Below, one piece after another: positions 57,480 to 62,789 of a stretch of 62,789 nucleotides of DNA. The stretch's first letter is position 1; each line of letters begins with the position of its first letter. Origin of the DNA: Rhizobiaceae bacterium (GTDB taxonomy: Bacteria; Pseudomonadota; Alphaproteobacteria; Rhizobiales; Rhizobiaceae); contig JBFXFO010000002.1 in assembly GCA_050178915.1 (NCBI GenBank), positions 1 through 62,789 of the forward strand, read 5' to 3'. A program made the position numbers and the translations under genes. The notes beneath the pieces are model-generated. The model saw nothing but the letters and a program-made list of their open reading frames with translations, did no database searches and had not been told where the DNA came from.

Positions 57480-58145
57480 ATGTCGGACGACAGCTTCATC
57501 AGAGAAGTCAACGAGGAGATGCGCCAGGCGCAGGCTCGCGCGATCTGGGACCGCTTCGGCCCCTATCTGATCGTGCTCGCCGTGCTGATCGTGCTCGGCA
57601 CTGCGGCTTCCGTCGTGTGGAATTACTGGCAGGAATCGAAGGCCAACGCCTCTGGCGACGCATTCTCCGAGGCGCTCGAACTCGCCAATGGCGGCAAGCC
57701 CGACGAGGCGCAGGCCGCATTGAAGCAGCTTGAAGCCGACGGTTACGGCGCCTATCCGCTGCTGGCCCGCATGCGCGGCGCCACCGTTCTGGCCGAGAAG
57801 GGCGATTTCACCGGCGCGGTCGCCGGCTTCGACGCCGTCGCCAATGACAGCTCCATCCCGCAGGCCGTGCGCGACATGGCGCTCCTGCGCGCCGGCTACC
57901 TGATGGTCGACCATGGCAGCTATGCCGATGTCGCGTCGCGGCTCGAGCCGCTGACTGTTGACTCCAACACGCTGCGCCATTCGGCGCGCGAGGCGCTCGG
58001 CCTCTCCGCCTGGAAGGAAGGCAAGACCAGCGAGGCGCTCGGCTTCTTCGACCAGATCACCGGCGATGACGGTGCTCCGCGCAATGCACGCGAGCGCGCC
58101 TCGATGCTGGCTGAACTGATCCGCGGTTCCGCCGCGGCGTCCTAA
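57480..58145 (+). CDS. YfgM-like membrane-anchored TPR-like protein
   Basis: [47 protein letters not shown]..., followed by a helical repeat region. Its position directly upstream of der matches the conserved yfgM-der neighbourhood. Confidence 0.7.
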   Translation: MSDDSFIREVNEEMRQAQARAIWDRFGPYLIVLAVLIVLGTAASVVWNYWQESKANASGDAFSEALELANGGKPDEAQAALKQLEADGYGAYPLLARMRGATVLAEKGDFTGAVAGFDAVANDSSIPQAVRDMALLRAGYLMVDHGSYADVASRLEPLTVDSNTLRHSAREALGLSAWKEGKTSEALGFFDQITGDDGAPRNARERASMLAELIRGSAAAS

Positions 58146-58162
58146 CGCCGGGCCCGCGCACC

Positions 58163-59581
58163 ATGTTCACGGCAGCGATCATCGGCCGGCCCAATGTCGG
58201 CAAGTCGACGCTGTTCAACCGGTTGGTGGGGCGCAAGCTCGCGCTGGTGGACGACACGCCGGGCGTGACCCGCGACCGCCGCATCCATGCTGCCAAGCTT
58301 TACGACCTGCGCTTTGACGTGGTCGATACCGCCGGCTTCGAGGATGCCGACGCCGAGTCGCTCGCCGGCCGCATGCGCGCGCAGACCGAGATCGCCATTG
58401 GCGAGGCGGACATCGTGCTCTTCGTCGTCGATGCCAAATCGGGCCTGCTGCCCGACGACCGCACCTTCGCGCAGATCGTGCGCCGCGCCGGCAAGCCGGT
58501 CGTGCTCGTCGCCAACAAGGCGGAAGCGCGTGGCGCCGAGGCCGGCCTGCACGAGGCCTGGGAGCTCGGCTTTGGCGAGCCGGTACCGGTGTCGGCCGAG
58601 CACGGGCAGGGCCTGCCCGACCTGCGCGACGCCATCATCGAGGCGCTCGGCGAAGACCGCACGCTCGAACGCGAGGAAGACGAGATTGCCGCCGAGAGTG
58701 ACGTGCTCATCGGCGAGGACATCGCCGATCCGGACGCCGAAGTTCCGTATGACGATAGCAAGCCGCTGCGCATTGCTGTCGTCGGTCGTCCCAATGCCGG
58801 CAAGTCCACCCTCATCAATGCGCTGATCGGCGAGGACAGGTTGCTGACCGGCCCGGAAGCCGGCATCACACGCGATTCCATCTCTGTTGACTGGAGCTGG
58901 AACGATCGCCGCATAAAACTCTTCGACACGGCCGGCATGCGCCGCAAGGCCAAGGTGCAGGATAAGCTTGAGAAGCTCTCCGTCGCCGACGGCCTGCGCG
59001 CCATCCGCTTCGCCGAGGTGGTGATCGTGGTGCTCGACGCGACCATCCCGTTCGAGAAGCAGGATCTGCAGATCGCCGATCTCGTCATCCGCGAGGGCCG
59101 CGCGCCGGTGATCGCATTCTCGAAATGGGATCTGATCGACCAGCCGCAGGCGGCGCTCGCCGAATTGCGCGAGAAGACCGAGCGGCTGCTGCCGCAGGCG
59201 CGCGGCATGCAGGCTGTGCCGCTGTCGGCGGAAACCGGTCGCGGCCTCGACAAGCTGATGCAGTCGGTCATCACCGCGCATCGCATCTGGAACCGCCGCG
59301 TCTCCACCGGCCGCCTCAACCGCTGGCTGGAAGGAATTCTGGCGCATCATCCGCCTCCGGCCGTGTCGGGCCGGCGCCTGAAGATCAAGTATGTGACGCA
59401 GGCGAAGACGCGCCCGCCGGGCTTCGTGCTTTCCTGTTCGCGCCCGGACGCCATGCCGCAATCCTACGTGCGCTATCTCGTCAACAGCCTGCGCGAATCC
59501 TTCGACATGCCGGGGGTGCCGATCCGCATGGTGCTGCGCACCTCCGAGAACCCGTTCGCCGGCCGCGCGCGCAAGTCCTGA
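58163..59581 (+). CDS. der: Ribosome-biogenesis GTPase Der (EngA), double GTPase domain
   Basis: [16 protein letters not shown]...DTAG... and a second domain [16 protein letters not shown]...DTAGMRRK..., then a KH-like C-terminus. Confidence 0.93.
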   Translation: MFTAAIIGRPNVGKSTLFNRLVGRKLALVDDTPGVTRDRRIHAAKLYDLRFDVVDTAGFEDADAESLAGRMRAQTEIAIGEADIVLFVVDAKSGLLPDDRTFAQIVRRAGKPVVLVANKAEARGAEAGLHEAWELGFGEPVPVSAEHGQGLPDLRDAIIEALGEDRTLEREEDEIAAESDVLIGEDIADPDAEVPYDDSKPLRIAVVGRPNAGKSTLINALIGEDRLLTGPEAGITRDSISVDWSWNDRRIKLFDTAGMRRKAKVQDKLEKLSVADGLRAIRFAEVVIVVLDATIPFEKQDLQIADLVIREGRAPVIAFSKWDLIDQPQAALAELREKTERLLPQARGMQAVPLSAETGRGLDKLMQSVITAHRIWNRRVSTGRLNRWLEGILAHHPPPAVSGRRLKIKYVTQAKTRPPGFVLSCSRPDAMPQSYVRYLVNSLRESFDMPGVPIRMVLRTSENPFAGRARKS

Positions 59582-59681
59582 CACCGCTCCGTCGCATTCG
59601 CGCCGCAGCCGTTAACTGTCCCTCAAGGTTAATGGATCACTTTCGACACTCAGTTTAGGCGTGCGTCCCTGGAGAGTGTCC

Positions 59682-60866
59682 GTGCATCGACGTCGAGTGA
59701 TGCGGCAATTGCCGGCCGCAGCGTCCAATCGTTCCTACCTTCCCCCGCTTCTCCTCGGTCTCGCACTTTGGGTCGGTTTTCCGACCATTGGCGCACAGCA
59801 GGATGTGACCAGCCTTGTCTCCGGCTCCGAGACCGGCGGCGTGCGCTGGAACGCCTTTGTCGAGCGTTCGGTCGCGGGCTCGGTCCATTCGGCCGAGATG
59901 CCCTTTATCGATGACACCACCACCGGCACGATTTCCGGCGCCGGCGTGCGCACGCCGGGCATCGGTCAGGTGGCCTTCCGCGCCAAGAACGGCGCCACCG
60001 ATGTTGCTCCGGACGAGGATCGCGTGGCGCGCGCCGGCAAGAAAGGCCGCATCGTCAAGATCGCGCCGGTGGCCCCGCCCAAGGCATTCAACGCCGGCTC
60101 CGTGCTCGACCGCACCAGCTTCCTGCTGCGCCCCGGCTTCGACGGCGAACTGCGCATGGCGTTTGCCGAAACAGATATTCGCGGCAAGGAGATCCAGATC
60201 GCCACCGCCTTCTACCTGAAGGAGGATCGCATCGACCCCGGCGTTTCGCCGCTGCTCGCCGATCTCGTCACCAACGACAAGGCCGACATCCTCGCCACCG
60301 CCTACGCTCCCGCCGAACCTGACTATGCGCGCTCCTCGCCCTTCGAGACGCTGCTGCAGGAAGACCTCGAGATGGCGGGCAATGGCCGCTTCATTCCGCC
60401 GCTCGGCAAGGGCGACCATGCCTGGATGAGCAATCCGCTGCCGGCGGCCGTGTTCTCGGAAGAAGAACAGGTCTGCCTGGCCAACGGCATCTATTTCGAA
60501 GCGCGCGGCGAAAACCTGAAGGGCCAGGCTGCGGTCGCGCAGGTCATCCTCAATCGCGTGCGCAATCCGGCCTACCCGAGCTCGATCTGCGGCGTCGTCT
60601 ACCAGAATGACGGCTGGCGCAACCGCTGCCAGTTCTCCTTCGCCTGCGACGGCAAGCGGGACGTCGTCAACAATCCGCGCGCCTACCGCATCGCCAAGGA
60701 GATCGCCATGGCGGTGACCGCCGGCAAGATCTTCGATCCCGAGGTCGGATCGTCCACTCACTACTACGCCGCCTATGTCAGCCCGTACTGGGCCCGCTCG
60801 ATGAAGCGGATGACGCGAATCGGCCTGCATATCTTCTACCGCACCTATGGCGGCGGCTGGAGCTGA
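59682..60866 (+). CDS. Cell wall hydrolase, SleB-domain protein
   Basis: C-terminal ...CLANGIYFEARGENLKGQAAVAQVILNRVRNPAYPSSICGVVYQ...QFSF...THYYA...PYWA is the Hydrolase_2/SleB signature. Start uncertain: GTG 59682 has GGAGAG 5 nt upstream, while the track ORF starts at GTG 59661. Confidence 0.82.
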   Translation: MHRRRVMRQLPAAASNRSYLPPLLLGLALWVGFPTIGAQQDVTSLVSGSETGGVRWNAFVERSVAGSVHSAEMPFIDDTTTGTISGAGVRTPGIGQVAFRAKNGATDVAPDEDRVARAGKKGRIVKIAPVAPPKAFNAGSVLDRTSFLLRPGFDGELRMAFAETDIRGKEIQIATAFYLKEDRIDPGVSPLLADLVTNDKADILATAYAPAEPDYARSSPFETLLQEDLEMAGNGRFIPPLGKGDHAWMSNPLPAAVFSEEEQVCLANGIYFEARGENLKGQAAVAQVILNRVRNPAYPSSICGVVYQNDGWRNRCQFSFACDGKRDVVNNPRAYRIAKEIAMAVTAGKIFDPEVGSSTHYYAAYVSPYWARSMKRMTRIGLHIFYRTYGGGWS

Positions 60867-60919
60867 GCCTGCGCCTTTGCACCGGCCGCCGGCCGGATTC
60901 GCCGCCAAGCACGACATCC

Positions 60920-60966
60920 AGCCTGCTGCGCACGTTGTCGCAGCAGGCTAAAATATTGATTTTCTT
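60920..60966 (+). terminator. Rho-independent-type terminator after the SleB-domain gene
   Basis: 11-bp perfect stem AGCCTGCTGCG-cacgttgt-CGCAGCAGGCT followed by the A/T-rich tail AAAATATTGATTTTCTT. Confidence 0.65.
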
Positions 60967-61002
60967 ATACAAAATACATCGTCTGCCATTGCCTGCGTTG
61001 GC

Positions 61003-61031
61003 TTGACGGCACCACAGCCCCTAACTATGTT
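61003..61031 (+). promoter_or_regulatory. Candidate sigma70-type promoter of the atp F0 operon
   Basis: TTGACG (61003..61008), a 17-nt spacer, then TATGTT (61026..61031). An AT-rich stretch lies upstream. It is about 120 nt before atpI. Confidence 0.45.
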
Positions 61032-61149
61032 GCGCCCGACTTTGAAGCGGGCAGTCGGCAGCTGACTGGCCGGGCGCGGAGGTTGCGTTGGCCATGTCGT
61101 TCAGGCCAGTCGAAACCGGAACAACCGGGCCCTGGAGCAGGCGCGATAG

Positions 61150-61476
61150 ATGAGCCGCGACGAAGACCTTGAACGCCGCCGCAGGCAACTCGAAGCAACG
61201 CTCGCTGCGAGGAACCCAAGAAAGACGGACGGGCAGGGCGGTGCCAGAACGGGCGGGGCTTCCGGCTACGGTCAGGCGCTGAAGATTTCCAGCGAGTTCA
61301 TCGCGGGTATCGCGGTTGGTGCTGGGCTGGGTTGGCTGATCGACCGCGTGGTGGGCACGTCCCCCTGGGGGCTGATTGTCTTCCTGCTGCTCGGCTTCTG
61401 CGCAGGCGTGCTCAACGTGTTGCGCTCGATGGGCAAGATCGCCGAACCCGGTCCGAAGGGGCCGCCCGGCAACTGA
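61150..61476 (+). CDS. atpI: ATP synthase protein I (AtpI/AtpZ family)
   Basis: 108 aa with two TM helices (...[43 protein letters not shown]). First gene before atpB. Confidence 0.8.
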   Translation: MSRDEDLERRRRQLEATLAARNPRKTDGQGGARTGGASGYGQALKISSEFIAGIAVGAGLGWLIDRVVGTSPWGLIVFLLLGFCAGVLNVLRSMGKIAEPGPKGPPGN

Positions 61477-61514
61477 AATCCGCCATCCGGCGGGAATGCA
61501 AGAGGGGTGCCCCA

Positions 61515-62264
61515 GTGGCCAACGATCCGATCCACCAGTTCCAGATCGCGAAGTGGATTCCGATCGAAGTCGGTGGTGTCGACCTTTCTTTCACCAACTC
61601 TTCCTTCTTCATGGTGGCGACCGTCGCCGTTGCCGGCGGGCTGCTGCTGCTGGCGACTTCGGCGCGCCGCGTGATCCCCGGCCGCGGCCAGTCGGTCGCG
61701 GAAATGTCCTACGAGTTCGTCGCCAACATGCTGAAGGATGCGGCGGGAAGCGGCGGCATGCGATTCTTCCCGCTCGTCTTCAGTCTCTTCATGTTCGTGC
61801 TGGTGGCCAACCTCATCGGCATGTTCCCCTACTTCTTCACGGTGACCAGCCATCTGATCGTCACCCTGGCCCTGTCGCTGCTGGTGATAGGCACCGTCAT
61901 TGTCTACGGCTTCTTCAAGCATGGCTTCGGCTTCCTGAAGCTATTCGTGCCGCAGGGCGTGCCGGGCATCCTGGTGCCGCTGGTGGTGCTGATCGAAGTC
62001 ATCTCCTTCCTGTCGCGTCCGATCAGCCTGTCCGTGCGTCTGTTCGCCAACATGCTCGCCGGCCATATCACGCTGAAGGTGTTCGCCGGCTTCATCACCT
62101 CGATGAGCGCCATGGGCGCCGTCGGTGTCGTCGGCTCGGTCCTGCCGCTGGCCATGGCCGTGGCGCTGACCGGTCTCGAATTCCTCGTCGCATTCCTGCA
62201 GGCCTACGTCTTCGCCGTGCTGACCTGCATGTACCTCAACGACGCGATCCACCCCGGCCACTGA
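61515..62264 (+). CDS. atpB: ATP synthase F0 subunit a
   Basis: [11 protein letters not shown]...[19 protein letters not shown] (conserved Arg motif)...[20 protein letters not shown] start at 61515 within ORF 61332..62264. Confidence 0.9.
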   Translation: MANDPIHQFQIAKWIPIEVGGVDLSFTNSSFFMVATVAVAGGLLLLATSARRVIPGRGQSVAEMSYEFVANMLKDAAGSGGMRFFPLVFSLFMFVLVANLIGMFPYFFTVTSHLIVTLALSLLVIGTVIVYGFFKHGFGFLKLFVPQGVPGILVPLVVLIEVISFLSRPISLSVRLFANMLAGHITLKVFAGFITSMSAMGAVGVVGSVLPLAMAVALTGLEFLVAFLQAYVFAVLTCMYLNDAIHPGH

Positions 62265-62323
62265 CCGGCGCGATCGCATCCGACCAACCGCAAACGATCT
62301 TTCGATCACCAAGGAGCAGGACA

Positions 62324-62548
62324 ATGGAAGTTGAAGCAGCAAAGGCAATCGGCGCCGGTATCGCTTGCCTCGGCATGGGCGGCGCGGGCATCGGCCTCGG
62401 CACCATTTTCGGCAACTATCTGGCGGGCGCGCTGCGCAACCCGTCGGCAGCTGACGGCCAGTTCGGCCGCCTGATCTTCGGCTTCGCCGTGACCGAAGCT
62501 CTGGGCATCTTCTCGCTGCTCGTCGCGCTGCTGCTGCTCTTCGCATAA
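62324..62548 (+). CDS. atpE: ATP synthase F0 subunit c
   Basis: [74 protein letters not shown]. 74 aa, AAGGAG RBS. Confidence 0.92.
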   Translation: MEVEAAKAIGAGIACLGMGGAGIGLGTIFGNYLAGALRNPSAADGQFGRLIFGFAVTEALGIFSLLVALLLLFA

Positions 62549-62615
62549 GCGACAGACCAGTCGACGCCGGCCGCGGACCGCGGCCGGTCGCTAGTGGTGC
62601 GAACGGGGAATGACG

Positions 62616-62789
62616 ATGTTCGTTACAACGGCCTATGCGGCCACAGACCCGGCCGCCGAAGGCGAAGCCCACACGGAAGCCGGCGCGGAGCACGGTGCCA
62701 GCGGCGTATTCCCGCCGTTTGACCCGACGTAGTTAGCGTCGCAGTTGCTGTGGCTGGCGATCACCTTCGGTCTGTTCTACCTGCTCCTG
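62616..62789 (+). CDS. atpF2: ATP synthase F0 subunit b-prime, 5' part (cut by window edge), interrupted by an in-frame TAG at 62730..62732
   Basis: My translation reads [57 protein letters not shown]. The FPPFD...[15 protein letters not shown] block is the conserved b-prime N-terminus, and the TAG lies in frame inside it. Confidence 0.7.

Noticed and set aside
59612-59635. CtrA-box-like GTTAAC...TTAA upstream of the SleB-domain hydrolase gene.
   Set aside because: The half-sites are about 13 nt apart, not the 7 nt of TTAA-N7-TTAAC.
62730-62732. TAG in atpF' as a recoded (pyrrolysine-type) codon.
   Set aside because: There is no evidence in this window for pyl genes or recoding signals, and this would be unprecedented in this lineage. 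A sequencing error, re-initiation or simple nonsense mutation is far more likely.

Overview
High-GC (about 65%) chromosomal segment. Gene content and order look like an alphaproteobacterium of the Rhizobiales: an F0 atpI-atpB-atpE-atpF' operon with a b-prime subunit, bacA, hutCF/hutIHUD, and a bkd operon. This taxonomic call is inference only.

I can support about 60 protein-coding genes. I found no rRNA, tRNA, CRISPR array, transposase or integrase.

Gene content from left to right:
- Zn-type metal ABC importer (znuC-znuB-znuA, truncated at the left edge), with a Fur-family-like palindrome upstream.
- FAD amino-acid oxidase plus RidA.
- An orphan TadG-like vWA gene broken by two compensating frameshifts.
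- Histidine utilisation genes (hutC-hutF divergent from hutI-hutH-hutU-hutD), with a perfect HutC-type palindrome between them.
- Branched-chain 2-oxoacid dehydrogenase operon (bkdA1-A2-B-lpd).
- A 12-gene, roughly 13.8-kb plus-strand operon. It comprises an XRE-cupin regulator, a Dpp-like peptide ABC importer, a stand-alone GAF protein, HyuA, HyuB, an Asp/Glu/hydantoin racemase, a prolidase-type M24 peptidase and a second HyuB. I cannot assign it to a characterised pathway.
- A carbohydrate-type cluster with no linked regulator. It comprises an aldo/keto reductase, a translationally coupled BtpA/SgcQ + M42 SgcX-like + FGGY kinase triad, two CUT2-type ABC importers and an SDR epimerase.
- Housekeeping and miscellaneous genes: PepSY protein, Mpg glycosylase, enoyl-CoA hydratase, DMGDH-like oxidoreductase, maiA, SRAP, VOC, YffB, M29 aminopeptidase, MFS, bacA, polysaccharide deacetylase, YfgM-like protein, der and a SleB-type hydrolase.
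- Start of the ATP synthase F0 operon. Its atpF' reading frame contains an in-frame TAG.

The best candidates for undescribed biology are the two orphan metabolic clusters. I see no defence or mobile system in this window. All functional calls rest on my reading of the translated ORFs; no database search was run.
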